Source: an uncultured Clostridia bacterium
GTDB taxonomy: Bacteria > Bacillota > Clostridia > Christensenellales > UBA1242
NCBI GenBank assembly: GCA_944384405.1
Contig: CALWTH010000015.1
Coordinates: 90-64,089, forward strand
DNA length: 64,000 bases
Direction of reading: 5' to 3'
The translations under genes were made by a program, and so were the position numbers. How positions within the stretch are numbered: the stretch's first letter is position 1; each line of letters begins with the position of its first letter. This document shows positions 35,062-44,626 of this stretch, piece by piece. Under the pieces are notes generated by a model. It worked only from the letters and a program-made list of their open reading frames with translations, searched no databases and was not told the DNA's origin.

Positions 35062-37290
35062 ATGATAGTTGAAAATGGAATATTGCTTAAAGTTGATGAA
35101 AAGGATATTGAACTCCTAAACAAAAATCCCAAAAAATTTTGGGAAGGTATATATCACATTGGTGACGGAGCTTTTCAAGATTGTACAAGTTTAAAAAACA
35201 TAGAGATACCAAATAGTGTAACAAGTATAGGTAAAGAAGCTTTTCAAGATTGTTCAAATTTAGAGAATATAGTTATACCAAACAGTGTAACAGCTATTGG
35301 AGATTTTGCGTTTTCTTATTGTACAAATTTAAAAAAAATAGAGATACCAAATAGTGTAAAAAGTATTGGAAATTCTGCTTTTGCGAGTTGTACAAGTTTA
35401 AATGATATAGAGATACCCAATAGTGTAACAGCTATTGGAGATTCTGCGTTTTTTAATTGTACAAGTTTAAAAGAAATAGATATACCAAATAGTGTGACAG
35501 CTATTGGAAATTCTGCGTTTGTTAATTGTACAAGTTTAAAAGAAATAAATATACCAAATAGTGTGACAGCTATTGGAGATTCTGTGTTTGAAAATTGTAG
35601 CAATTTAAAAGAAATAGATATACCAAATAGTGTGACGGCTATTGGAAATTCTGCGTTTGTTAATTGTACAAGTTTAAAAGAAATAAATATACCAAATAGT
35701 GTGACAGCTATTGGGGATTCTGCGTTTGAAAATTGTATAAACACAAGAAATATAGAGATACCAAATAGTGTAACAAGTATTGGTGACAGAGCTTTTCAAT
35801 ATTGTACAAGTTTAGGAAATATAGAGATACCAAATAGTGTAACAAGTATTGGAAAATCTGCCTTTTATGGAGTAAGGAATGTACAAATTCAAGATAAACA
35901 TATAATAGGAGATATATTAAGCACCGGAATATTTGAACTTATTAAAAATAATCCAAACATTAATTTAAAACAACTAACAAAAATATATTCAATCGCCAAA
36001 AATAAGGGCATCAATGTTGATAATACAAATGACTTTTTAGCATTATGCTATAATATTGGCATGCTTGAAAATAGGTCTTCAACGCTTACTATCAATAAAA
36101 ATGGCAAGACAAACAATGTCCCTATATGTGATTTGGCATATACTTTTATTCAAGGTTTAATTAATCATAATGAATTGGCTCTTAATGACTTGCATATGAA
36201 TTTGCAAGATTTAAAATTCAATAAATTTAATATAAATTTTGCAAGGTTTGTTGTGAACAAAAATAATTGGTCAGATATAAAAGAAAATTTACATTTATTA
36301 TCACGTATTTATGCATGGTTTGATTCAAGGGCAAATTTGGATTTAGAAAATAATGAATATTCGCTTTTGCCAACAACTGAAGAAAATAGATATAAAATTT
36401 TGGTATACGAAACTGCAGAAAATGGGATAGATAGAATGCATTGGAGAAATCCCACTGTTGAGCTTTTATTAAAAGAATTTGCCAATAATAAATTTGTTGG
36501 AATAAATACCCCAAGAGAAAAAGAAATAGCAGAGTATTTAACACAGTATAACATTTACACGCAGAAACATTTTGAAAAAGCAAAAGAAATCGATGAAGAA
36601 AGAAGGAATAGTGGAGTTCAAGATATTTTACGTAAACCTATTTCACAAGATAGAATTTCAAGTCTAGACGAATATAGAGAAAAAACTAAACAAATGAGAG
36701 AAAAAATTTTAAGTGATGCTTCGGAAGTTCTTTCAAAACAAATTGAAGATACATCTTCAATTTTCACTTATGAAGTTTTGTCTAAAGATTCTGTTGAAAA
36801 CTTTGCTATGGGATGTATGACGAGTTGTTGTGCAACATTATATGGTGCAGGAGCGGGAGCAATGAGAGCAATGATAAATCACCCTGATATTCAACCATTT
36901 GTCATAAGAGATTTTGATAACAAGATAATATCTTTTGGTATCATATATGTAAATAGGGAACAGGGATATGCAGTTGTGAATGATTTTGAAGTAAATAAAA
37001 AGTATATGGATAGAGATGAACAGAGAAAGGCAATTTATGATAAAGCAATGGAAGGTATACGCGCTTTTGTAAAAGAGTATAATTTAGAAAATCCGGAAAA
37101 GCCCATAAGAAAAGTGACAAGTGGCATCTCTCCAAACTGGACTGCAATTAATGATTATATACGTCAAAATCCAAAAAGTGAAATCTTAAAAGCACCAAAT
37201 TTTAATGATTTTAAATATGCAGGTAGTGGGTTATGGCCAGGAGATTGGCATAGAGAACAATACAAGATATTTGACATGGGGGGAAAATGA
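35062..37290 (+). CDS. signal-less BspA-type LRR protein with a ~470-aa uncharacterised C-terminal domain
   Basis: About 11 units of IEIPNSVTAIGxSAFxNCTSLKEI follow an N-terminus with no hydrophobic leader. The C-terminal domain contains GCMTSCCATLYGAGAGAMRAM; no family recognised. Confidence 0.7.
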   Translation: MIVENGILLKVDEKDIELLNKNPKKFWEGIYHIGDGAFQDCTSLKNIEIPNSVTSIGKEAFQDCSNLENIVIPNSVTAIGDFAFSYCTNLKKIEIPNSVKSIGNSAFASCTSLNDIEIPNSVTAIGDSAFFNCTSLKEIDIPNSVTAIGNSAFVNCTSLKEINIPNSVTAIGDSVFENCSNLKEIDIPNSVTAIGNSAFVNCTSLKEINIPNSVTAIGDSAFENCINTRNIEIPNSVTSIGDRAFQYCTSLGNIEIPNSVTSIGKSAFYGVRNVQIQDKHIIGDILSTGIFELIKNNPNINLKQLTKIYSIAKNKGINVDNTNDFLALCYNIGMLENRSSTLTINKNGKTNNVPICDLAYTFIQGLINHNELALNDLHMNLQDLKFNKFNINFARFVVNKNNWSDIKENLHLLSRIYAWFDSRANLDLENNEYSLLPTTEENRYKILVYETAENGIDRMHWRNPTVELLLKEFANNKFVGINTPREKEIAEYLTQYNIYTQKHFEKAKEIDEERRNSGVQDILRKPISQDRISSLDEYREKTKQMREKILSDASEVLSKQIEDTSSIFTYEVLSKDSVENFAMGCMTSCCATLYGAGAGAMRAMINHPDIQPFVIRDFDNKIISFGIIYVNREQGYAVVNDFEVNKKYMDRDEQRKAIYDKAMEGIRAFVKEYNLENPEKPIRKVTSGISPNWTAINDYIRQNPKSEILKAPNFNDFKYAGSGLWPGDWHREQYKIFDMGGK
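35466..35741 (+). repeat. near-perfect 138-bp tandem duplication (two LRR units each)
   Basis: 35466..35603 versus 35604..35741; I counted about 3 mismatches. Confidence 0.85.
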
Positions 37291-37532
37291 GTATGAAAAA
37301 TAAAATTGATATTTGGATAAAAGTAGATGCGTTGTTACAAAAGCGATTAAAGGAACTTGAAGCATTGGATTCTCAAAGGGAAGAGATAATACAAAAAGCA
37401 GAAAAAATGGGTACTCTTACTGAAGAGCTAAAGCAAGAAATGGAAGAGAATTTAGCAAAGTATAATAATTTGGCAAAAAATGTAGAAGACTTGAAAAATA
37501 GAGTACAAAAGATGAAGAACAATAAAGGTTAA
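37287..37532 (+). CDS. small coiled-coil protein, translationally coupled to the LRR gene
   Basis: 81 aa, Glu/Lys/Leu-rich heptad-like sequence. ATGA overlap with the upstream stop; GGGGGGA RBS. Confidence 0.45.
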   Translation: MSMKNKIDIWIKVDALLQKRLKELEALDSQREEIIQKAEKMGTLTEELKQEMEENLAKYNNLAKNVEDLKNRVQKMKNNKG

Positions 37533-37536
37533 TAAG

Positions 37537-37669
37537 TTTGTCTTTGCATTGGCCTTTTTGATGATGCCACTACTTTACAACCACCATTCATCGGTCAGAA
37601 AGCACATCGCTTATGGTTTTTATGTTTGCAATAGGGGTTTCATTAATGTTCTCAGAAAAAGTAAAATAG
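37537..37669 (+). pseudogene. degenerate duplicate of the ftsW 3' end
   Basis: 37610..37640 matches 34860..34890 at 29 of 31 nt. It translates (with a frameshift) to LQPPFIG...STSLMVFMFAIGVSLMFSEKVK, compared with the FtsW C-terminus LPLPFISAGSTSLMVFMSAIGVCLNVARQSKKQ. Confidence 0.7.
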
Positions 37670-37707
37670 TTTACATACAATGAAGTAAATTTAAGGGATA
37701 GTTTGAT

Positions 37708-38388
37708 ATGATAAAAGAAAGCAAATATGCAATTTTTGAATATGAAGAACAAGATGAAAATATTATAAATGATTTAATAGATTGGTTAGATAAGAATGCT
37801 ATTATGATTTTTAATTTTTTTGATATAACATTAAACAATAATAAAGTAAAAATTCAAATCTTAAAAAACAAACATGAATTTGACAAGGATTATATAATAA
37901 GTAATAAATTACAAAAAGATTATACTGTTCCTGATTGGTGTATTGGATTTTCAAACAATAATCAAATAAAAATTGTCTCTTTTAATGACTATGTCAATAT
38001 TCCAAGCCATAAAAATGATACTTTTGAGTTATACAAAAAAACAATCTTACATGAGTATGTGCACTATGTAAATTTCTTATTTAATCAATCAAAAAATTGT
38101 GATGACACAGAAAAATATTTAGTCGAGGGTATCGCTTGCTTTTTAAGTAAACAATACGATGGACAAAAGTTAGAATTAAATAGTTCTATAGAAAATATAT
38201 TGAATGAAAATTTCGCATCTTATAGTAGTTATTACCTTCTTACGAAATATTTAGTTGAAAATTATGACAAAAATTTCGTTTTGAAACTTTTTAAAAATAA
38301 AAAACAAGCAAGAGAATTTTTAGTAACTGAATTATACAACAAGGTTAAAGAACAATATGCAATTAATCAGTTTTATAAAATTATATAA
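37708..38388 (+). CDS. putative gluzincin metallopeptidase (peptidase-MA-like)
   Basis: HEYVH (HExxH), followed 24 residues after its second His by EGIACF (the EGxAxY-type third ligand). No signal peptide. Confidence 0.4.
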   Translation: MIKESKYAIFEYEEQDENIINDLIDWLDKNAIMIFNFFDITLNNNKVKIQILKNKHEFDKDYIISNKLQKDYTVPDWCIGFSNNNQIKIVSFNDYVNIPSHKNDTFELYKKTILHEYVHYVNFLFNQSKNCDDTEKYLVEGIACFLSKQYDGQKLELNSSIENILNENFASYSSYYLLTKYLVENYDKNFVLKLFKNKKQAREFLVTELYNKVKEQYAINQFYKII

Positions 38389-38453
38389 CTCACTTTGATA
38401 TTTTACACAAAAATTAAAAAACGTCGACGTCGTCACTTTTTTAAAATCAAAAG

Positions 38454-38482
38454 TTGACAAATAATATTAAATTACATATACT
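38454..38482 (+). promoter_or_regulatory. orphan consensus promoter
   Basis: TTGACA (38454..38459), 17 nt, TATACT (38477..38482). No ORF follows. Confidence 0.5.
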
Positions 38483-38486
38483 AATT

Positions 38487-38551
38487 AAAATTCAACCAAG
38501 CCCAAAAGGCGAGTACTTGTGGTAACACAGCACGGGGGTTGAATTTTTTTT
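38487..38551 (+). ncRNA. candidate small structured RNA or murA leader
   Basis: AAAATTCAACC (38487..38497) pairs with GGTTGAATTTT (38537..38547), enclosing two short hairpins (GCC-CAAAA-GGC; TTGTG-GTAA-CACAG), followed by a T-run. No known family recognised. Confidence 0.3.
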
Positions 38552-38716
38552 ATTTAACCATATTGTATTTAATTAAAAAATAAATGTATAAGTTACAGAT
38601 TTAGAAATAATTCATATGACTATAGTTATGATGAAGTTTTAAAAGGTAATTTCACAAAAAATATACTGATGACACAGGAAAAAGAGTTTTGGCATAAGTT
38701 AATGTGGAGAATTATA

Positions 38717-39976
38717 ATGGAAAGTTTTTTTATTTGTGGAGGCAATAAACTTGAAGGAGAACTTAGTATTAATACATCAAAAAATGCCGTTTTGCCAATT
38801 TTAGCAGGCTGTATTTTATGCGATAAAGATATAATATTACATAAATTTCCTAAATATGAAGACACACTTACAATGTTAAATATTTTGGAAGACCTTGGCG
38901 CAAAGACATTTATTTACGACGATTGCGTAAAAATTCAATGTGAGAGTATTTCAAAAAGTGAAATTCCTGTTAGTTTGGCGTCAAAAATAAGGTCATCAAT
39001 ATTTAGTCTTGGAGCAATACTTTCTCGTTTCAAAAAGGCAAAAGTACCATACCCAGGTGGTTGTGCTATTGGTGCAAGACCAATAGATTTACATATTAAA
39101 GGATTAAAGCAACTAGGTGCAAAAATAGTTGATAAACACGGATATCTTTATTGTGACGGAACTAATATGAAAAGTGGGGTTGTGAGCATTGACTTCCCGT
39201 CAGTTGGAGCGACAGAAAACATAATGCTTGCATCTGTGTTTTTAAAAGGGACAACAAAGATAATAAACTGCGCAAGAGAACCGGAAATTGTTGACCTCGC
39301 GAACTTTTTAAATAGTCTTGGTGCAAAAATAAGTGGTGCAGGAAATAGCATAATAGAAATAGAAGGTGTGACAAAACTTGAAGGCGGAGAATACACTCCA
39401 ATAACTGACAGAATAACGACAGGTACATATGTTTTAGCAACGATAATGTGCGGAGGAGATGTTACATTTAGTGGTGTGAACTGCGAACATATTTCGTCAC
39501 TCATACATAATCTTAAAAATAATTGTTGCAAGTTAGACATAAAAGGTGATAAACTAAGGGTGATTGCAAACAAAAGACCAAAAGCTATTTCAAAAATTGA
39601 AACTCAGCCATATCCGGGCTTTCCAACAGACCTTCAACCACAAATAATGGCAATGCTAAGTGTGGCACGTGGTACTTCTGTTGTTGTTGAAAATTTGTTT
39701 GAATCTAGATTTAAACACGTTAGTGAACTTAAAAAACTTGGTGCTGACATTTTAGTAAATGACAAAACTGCAATAATAAAGGGCAAAAGTATGCTTTATG
39801 GTGCAAATGTCGTATGCCAAGATTTGCGTGGTGGTGCTGGCTTGGTGCTTGCGGGACTTGTTGCAAAAGGTTACACAACTGTCGATGATGTTTTTCATAT
39901 TGATAGGGGATACTATCATATGGAAAAAGATTTACAAAAGTTAGGAGCAAACATTGAAAGGATTACTAAAGCATAA
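38717..39976 (+). CDS. murA: UDP-N-acetylglucosamine 1-carboxyvinyltransferase
   Basis: Starts MESFFICGGNKLEGEL. Active-site Cys present (YPGGCAIGARPIDLH). GTGGAGA RBS. Confidence 0.9.
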   Translation: MESFFICGGNKLEGELSINTSKNAVLPILAGCILCDKDIILHKFPKYEDTLTMLNILEDLGAKTFIYDDCVKIQCESISKSEIPVSLASKIRSSIFSLGAILSRFKKAKVPYPGGCAIGARPIDLHIKGLKQLGAKIVDKHGYLYCDGTNMKSGVVSIDFPSVGATENIMLASVFLKGTTKIINCAREPEIVDLANFLNSLGAKISGAGNSIIEIEGVTKLEGGEYTPITDRITTGTYVLATIMCGGDVTFSGVNCEHISSLIHNLKNNCCKLDIKGDKLRVIANKRPKAISKIETQPYPGFPTDLQPQIMAMLSVARGTSVVVENLFESRFKHVSELKKLGADILVNDKTAIIKGKSMLYGANVVCQDLRGGAGLVLAGLVAKGYTTVDDVFHIDRGYYHMEKDLQKLGANIERITKA

Positions 39977-40886
39977 AAAATGGCTTATATTTGGTGGCGT
40001 AATACTTGGACTTGTTCTGGTATTGGTCATTTTAAATTTTACATTATTTTCATTAAAAGATGTTGAAATTGATTTCAAAAATCAATCAACTATTTTCTCC
40101 GATGAGGCAAAAGAGAATATAGCACAAAATAGTGTAGTTAAGCGTGGTACATCAATTTTTGCTTTAAATAAAAAATATATACAAGATCAACTTGAAAGAG
40201 ATAATCCTTATTTAAAAGTAATAAACATTGAAACTGTATTTCCAAACAAAATAGTAATCCACTGTGCAGAAAGAGAAGAAACATATGCAATAAGAGCCGG
40301 TGTAAACGCAGGTGGGAATGAAGAATATTTTATTTGTGATGCGGAGTTTAAAGTTTTGTACACAAGCACGACACAACTTCCATATCAAAGCAAGCAAACC
40401 GATCCGATATTATTTTTAGGGTTAGAAGATTATATTGAAGATAGTGACCATTTGGTTCAACCTGGTGAGTTTTTGACGTTTAGCTTTGCTCAAGACATTT
40501 TGAATGAACTTGGAAAGGCGTTGCTTTTGAACAACAAAACCGTAGCAGAGCAAAGGGGACTTATAAGTCAAATAACGCTCACATCTGATATATATCCGTT
40601 CACTGCAACTAGATTACCATATTTTATAATTGAAGATTTCAACGGCTTTGTCACAAATATCTACAAGCCTGACACACTTCTTGCAGAGAAGTTGCAGTAT
40701 ATGTTCGCAACACTTTCACAAGTCGTCTATAACCCAAGTGTGTTCTACAAAAAAGATTTGACTGATGGCAATATAACTATGGAACAAATTGACGAAAACT
40801 ATTACCTTGACTATACGTTGCAGATTTTAGAGAATAATAACTCTAAGCTTGTGATAAGACTTGAAAAGTTAAACGCGACAGTTTAA
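39954..40886 (+). CDS. ftsQ: FtsQ/DivIB-like cell division protein
   Basis: Single N-terminal TM followed by a POTRA-like region (LKDVEIDF...). Position is upstream of ftsA. TTG start after AGGAG, overlapping the murA end. Confidence 0.6.
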   Translation: MKGLLKHKKWLIFGGVILGLVLVLVILNFTLFSLKDVEIDFKNQSTIFSDEAKENIAQNSVVKRGTSIFALNKKYIQDQLERDNPYLKVINIETVFPNKIVIHCAEREETYAIRAGVNAGGNEEYFICDAEFKVLYTSTTQLPYQSKQTDPILFLGLEDYIEDSDHLVQPGEFLTFSFAQDILNELGKALLLNNKTVAEQRGLISQITLTSDIYPFTATRLPYFIIEDFNGFVTNIYKPDTLLAEKLQYMFATLSQVVYNPSVFYKKDLTDGNITMEQIDENYYLDYTLQILENNNSKLVIRLEKLNATV

Positions 40887-40920
40887 CTTTTTTAATTTTC
40901 TTTTATTATATGTTTTTATG

Positions 40921-40949
40921 TTGACAACATAAAATTTTGCGTTTATAAT
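40921..40949 (+). promoter_or_regulatory. consensus promoter of ftsA-ftsZ
   Basis: TTGACA (40921..40926), 17 nt, TATAAT (40944..40949). Confidence 0.6.
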
Positions 40950-40998
40950 TATAAAAAAATGTTATAAATATACATTTTGTCAAAAAAAGGAGAAAAAA

Positions 40999-42159
40999 GT
41001 GCCAAAAGCAAAAGTAACAGTCATAGATATTGGTTCAAAGAGCATCAGAGTGCTTATTGCAAGTCATGGCACAGTCAATGCACTTTCAGTTTGTGGATAT
41101 GCAGAATGTGAGTATGGCGGATATTATGAAGGCGAATTTTTGGAAGAGGACAAGCTTCAAGATGTATTTTCAAAAGCGCTGATGAACGCCCAAAGTGTTG
41201 CAAATTTTTATGTTGACAAAGTTTATGTTGGAGTCCCAGCAAACTTCACATTTTGCAAGACAAAGACATTGACTCAAAACTTTGGTCAAAAAGTTAGAAT
41301 CCTTGAGGAAGACATCGCTCAAATTTATACAATGGCTGATGACTTGAAAAATCCTGATTATGTACTTATAAGTGCAACGCCGATTGCGTTTGAACTTGAT
41401 GATGGAACAACAACGGTGACTCCTATTGGGAAAAAGAGCAATAAGTTGACTGCAACTGTCAGCCTTATTTATGCGGAAAGAGGCTTTATTGAAAAGATAA
41501 ACTCAATATTGAAAAACATAGGCGTTGGAAGTGTTGAATACATTTCAAGTACACTTTGTGAAGACTTATATTTGCTTTCAAAAGAGCGTAGGGCAGAGCC
41601 AAATGTCGTTATTGATTGTGGATACATTGAAACATCTGTTAGCATAGTCCAAGGTGAAGGACTTTGGGACTTAAAATCGTTTGCCGTTGGTGGCGGACAC
41701 ATTTCGGCAGACCTTATGGAGTGTTTAAACATAACTTTTGAAGAAGCGGAACAACTCCGTAAAAAACTTGTGCTTTCAGTCAACGCAAGTGATGATGATG
41801 ACTATGAAATTTCACGTGGTGGAAACATTGTTCCAATCAGCATGAAAAAAGCAAATGACATCACATATGCACGACTTGAAATGATGGCGCAACTCATCCA
41901 AAAGTGCATAAAGACTGACGATGACACATTGCCATATTATTTAACTGGTGGTGGAATTAGTTACATAAAAGGTGCAAAAGAGATATTGTCTTCATGCTTA
42001 GACAAAAATATCAATATTTTGTATCCAAAAGATTTACATCTAAACAAACCACATTATTCAGCACTTCTTGGTATGGCAGAATATGTGCTCAGTACAAGAC
42101 AAGACGAAAAAGAAAAAAGTTTTATTTCAAGGCTTTTAGAAAAAATTATAAAAAGGTGA
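40999..42159 (+). CDS. ftsA: cell division protein FtsA
   Basis: Actin-fold start [17 protein letters not shown] start after AAGGAG. Sits immediately upstream of ftsZ. Confidence 0.8.
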   Translation: MPKAKVTVIDIGSKSIRVLIASHGTVNALSVCGYAECEYGGYYEGEFLEEDKLQDVFSKALMNAQSVANFYVDKVYVGVPANFTFCKTKTLTQNFGQKVRILEEDIAQIYTMADDLKNPDYVLISATPIAFELDDGTTTVTPIGKKSNKLTATVSLIYAERGFIEKINSILKNIGVGSVEYISSTLCEDLYLLSKERRAEPNVVIDCGYIETSVSIVQGEGLWDLKSFAVGGGHISADLMECLNITFEEAEQLRKKLVLSVNASDDDDYEISRGGNIVPISMKKANDITYARLEMMAQLIQKCIKTDDDTLPYYLTGGGISYIKGAKEILSSCLDKNINILYPKDLHLNKPHYSALLGMAEYVLSTRQDEKEKSFISRLLEKIIKR

Positions 42160-42169
42160 GGAGAAAAAA

Positions 42170-43396
42170 ATGTATAGTAATATGAATGTTGGCCCAGTAG
42201 CAAATATTAAGGTCATAGGAGTAGGTGGCGGTGGGAATAATGCTGTCAACCGTATGATCGATGCAAACATAACGAGTGCACAATTTATTGCAATAAACAC
42301 AGATAAACAAGCACTTTTGCTTTCAAAAGCTGATCACAGACTTCAAATAGGTGAAAAATTGACTCGTGGACTTGGTGCAGGAGCAGATCCAGATGTTGGT
42401 CAAAAAGCAGCAGAAGAGAGCAAGAGCAGTATTAGCGAAATGCTTAAAGACTGTGACCTTGTTTTCATTACCGCAGGTATGGGTGGTGGAACAGGGACAG
42501 GTGCTGCTCCTGTTGTTGCACAAATAGCAAAAGAAATGGGAATTCTCACAATAGCAGTTGTTACAAAGCCATTTGGTTTTGAAGGTAGAAAACGTCAAGA
42601 AAACGCAGAAAAAGGTCTTGAAAATTTAAGGAAATATGTGGACACGTTGGTTATAATTCCAAACAACAAACTTTTGGAAATCGTTCCACAAAAGACACCA
42701 ATTATTGAAGCCTTTTTGTACGCTGACGATGTTTTAAGACAAGGTATTCAAGGAATAAGTGACTTGATTGTTACACCAAGTTTAATCAACCTTGATTTTG
42801 CTGATGTTAGGTCAATAATGAAAAATACCGGGCTTGCACACATGGGCATAGGTCATGCAAAAGGTGAAAACAAGACAATAGAAGCAGTTAGACAAGCAGT
42901 TTCTTCTCCTCTTCTTGAAACAACAATTGAAGGAGCAACTGGAGTTATACTTAATGTCAAAGGTGGTCTTGATTTGCCTCTTGATGAAGTCTATGAAGCT
43001 GCTAACCTCGTTCGTGAAGTTGTTGATCCAGCATGTAACATCATCTTCGGTGCAGGAATTGATGAGGGCATGAACGACGAAGTTGAAATAACAATTATCG
43101 CAACTGGCTTCCAAAATAAACTAACAGGACAAGAAAAAGATTTATCAAAAGTAAAGAAAGATGTTGAAGCTGCAAATAATTTCTCTGATCATAGATATGA
43201 TGGCTTCCCAACAACAAAAAGATTGTTCCCTCGTGAAGAAGAACAACCAAAGCCACAGCCTCAACCACAACCACAACATGTTGAACCACCAAAAGCAGAA
43301 TTTAGAAAAAATTCTGATGGAACAGAATCTTCAAGACTTCATGTTGACGACGCATATGTCCCTCCATTCTTAAGAAAGTATAGAGATAATAAATAA
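42170..43396 (+). CDS. ftsZ: cell division GTPase FtsZ
   Basis: [13 protein letters not shown] and [10 protein letters not shown] motifs, a PQ-repeat linker and a C-terminal PPFLRKY peptide. Confidence 0.95.
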   Translation: MYSNMNVGPVANIKVIGVGGGGNNAVNRMIDANITSAQFIAINTDKQALLLSKADHRLQIGEKLTRGLGAGADPDVGQKAAEESKSSISEMLKDCDLVFITAGMGGGTGTGAAPVVAQIAKEMGILTIAVVTKPFGFEGRKRQENAEKGLENLRKYVDTLVIIPNNKLLEIVPQKTPIIEAFLYADDVLRQGIQGISDLIVTPSLINLDFADVRSIMKNTGLAHMGIGHAKGENKTIEAVRQAVSSPLLETTIEGATGVILNVKGGLDLPLDEVYEAANLVREVVDPACNIIFGAGIDEGMNDEVEITIIATGFQNKLTGQEKDLSKVKKDVEAANNFSDHRYDGFPTTKRLFPREEEQPKPQPQPQPQHVEPPKAEFRKNSDGTESSRLHVDDAYVPPFLRKYRDNK

Positions 43397-43397
43397 C

Positions 43398-43430
43398 AAA
43401 AAGTCCTTGGCAAAAGTCCAAGGATTTTTT
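43398..43430 (+). terminator. rho-independent terminator after ftsZ
   Basis: AAAAGTCCTTGG / CCAAGGATTTTT stem followed by a T-run. Confidence 0.65.
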
Positions 43431-43487
43431 GTATCTTTCTCACACATAGAGTATTTTTTGAATACTATATTCTAGTGAGGAGGATAA

Positions 43488-44504
43488 ATGAAAAAACTAG
43501 CACTAATTGTTATGGCGTTTATGTTAGTCATCTCTGCTACTTTGTATGGTTGTGGGGAAAGTGCAGGTGACGAGTATGTCAAAATAAGAGTAAATGAAGT
43601 GACACATAGTATATTTTATGCACCACTTTATGTTGCAATCAACAACGGCTACTTTGAACAAGAGGGCATAGAGATTGAACTTGCCAACGGAGGTGGGGCA
43701 GATAAATCTATGACAGCAATTCTTTCTGGAGATGCAGATATTGGCTTGATGGGACCAGAAGCAGCAATTTATGTCACCGAAGGTGGAGCAAAGGATAGAC
43801 CAGTCGTGTTTGGACAGTTGACAAAACGAGATGGTTCATTCATAGTGTCAAAGACAGCGATAGAAGATTTCACTGTTGCCGATCTTGTTGGAAAAGAAAT
43901 AATTGGTGGTCGAAAAGGTGGAGTTCCTGCTATGACACTTGAATATGTAATAAAAGAAGCAGGATATTCAATTGGAACAGCTGCAGACCAAGTAAATTTA
44001 AGGACAGATGTTGCCTTTGACTTAACTGCAAGTGTTTTTGACTCGACTAATGCTGATTTTTGTACACTTTTTGAACCAACTGCGAGTGAACTTTGCGCCG
44101 AAAGAGGATATCACATAGTTGCATCGGTAGGCGAAGTTAGTGGAGAAGTTCCATACACCGCCTTTATGGCAAGAAAGGGATATATTGAAGAAAATAGTTT
44201 GACAGTTGAAAGATTTTTGCGTGCAGTGTATCGTGGTTACAGATTTTTGCTTACAGCAGATGTTGATGCAATTGCACAAAGTTTAAAGCCATCTTTTGCA
44301 GGTGTTTCTGATGAAAGTATTGTAACTTCAATTCAAAGTTATGTTGCTTGTGACGCTTGGGTTGATAGTCCAGCCATGACAGAAACTGCATTCAATAGAT
44401 TGCAAGATATAATGATATCAGCAGGAGAACTTGACCAAAAAGTAGAATTTTCAAGTGTTGTTGATAACACAATTGCAAATAGAGTTTATCAGTATTTTGC
44501 ATAA
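43488..44504 (+). CDS. ABC substrate-binding lipoprotein (NMT1/THI5-, SsuA-like)
   Basis: Lipobox LYGC, followed by an NMT1-like fold pattern (VTHSIFYAPLYVA...). Confidence 0.65.
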   Translation: MKKLALIVMAFMLVISATLYGCGESAGDEYVKIRVNEVTHSIFYAPLYVAINNGYFEQEGIEIELANGGGADKSMTAILSGDADIGLMGPEAAIYVTEGGAKDRPVVFGQLTKRDGSFIVSKTAIEDFTVADLVGKEIIGGRKGGVPAMTLEYVIKEAGYSIGTAADQVNLRTDVAFDLTASVFDSTNADFCTLFEPTASELCAERGYHIVASVGEVSGEVPYTAFMARKGYIEENSLTVERFLRAVYRGYRFLLTADVDAIAQSLKPSFAGVSDESIVTSIQSYVACDAWVDSPAMTETAFNRLQDIMISAGELDQKVEFSSVVDNTIANRVYQYFA

Positions 44505-44549
44505 AATAGACAAAAAACGATAGAAAAAATAAATACAAAAATTTATAAG

Positions 44550-44576
44550 CACTCAATAATTATTGGGTGTTTTTTT
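44550..44576 (+). terminator. intra-operon attenuating terminator after the binding-protein gene
   Basis: CACTCAAT-AATT-ATTGGGTG followed by T7. Confidence 0.45.
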
Positions 44577-44626
44577 CACACTTTTTTTGTTGTTTAAGTA
44601 CAATGATTTGAGGAGGTGAAAAATAA

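Noticed and set aside
35316-35744. ORF 35316..35744 (-), 142 aa with internal repeats
   Set aside because: It is the antisense reading of the LRR repeats of the 35062..37290 gene; the repeat periodicity is inherited from the sense strand.
43397-43487. Riboswitch (TPP or similar) upstream of the NMT1/THI5-like binding-protein gene
   Set aside because: Only ~90 nt are available, and most of that is the ftsZ terminator. No TPP-type CTGAGA/ACCTGA elements were seen, only a short AGTATT/AATACT palindrome.
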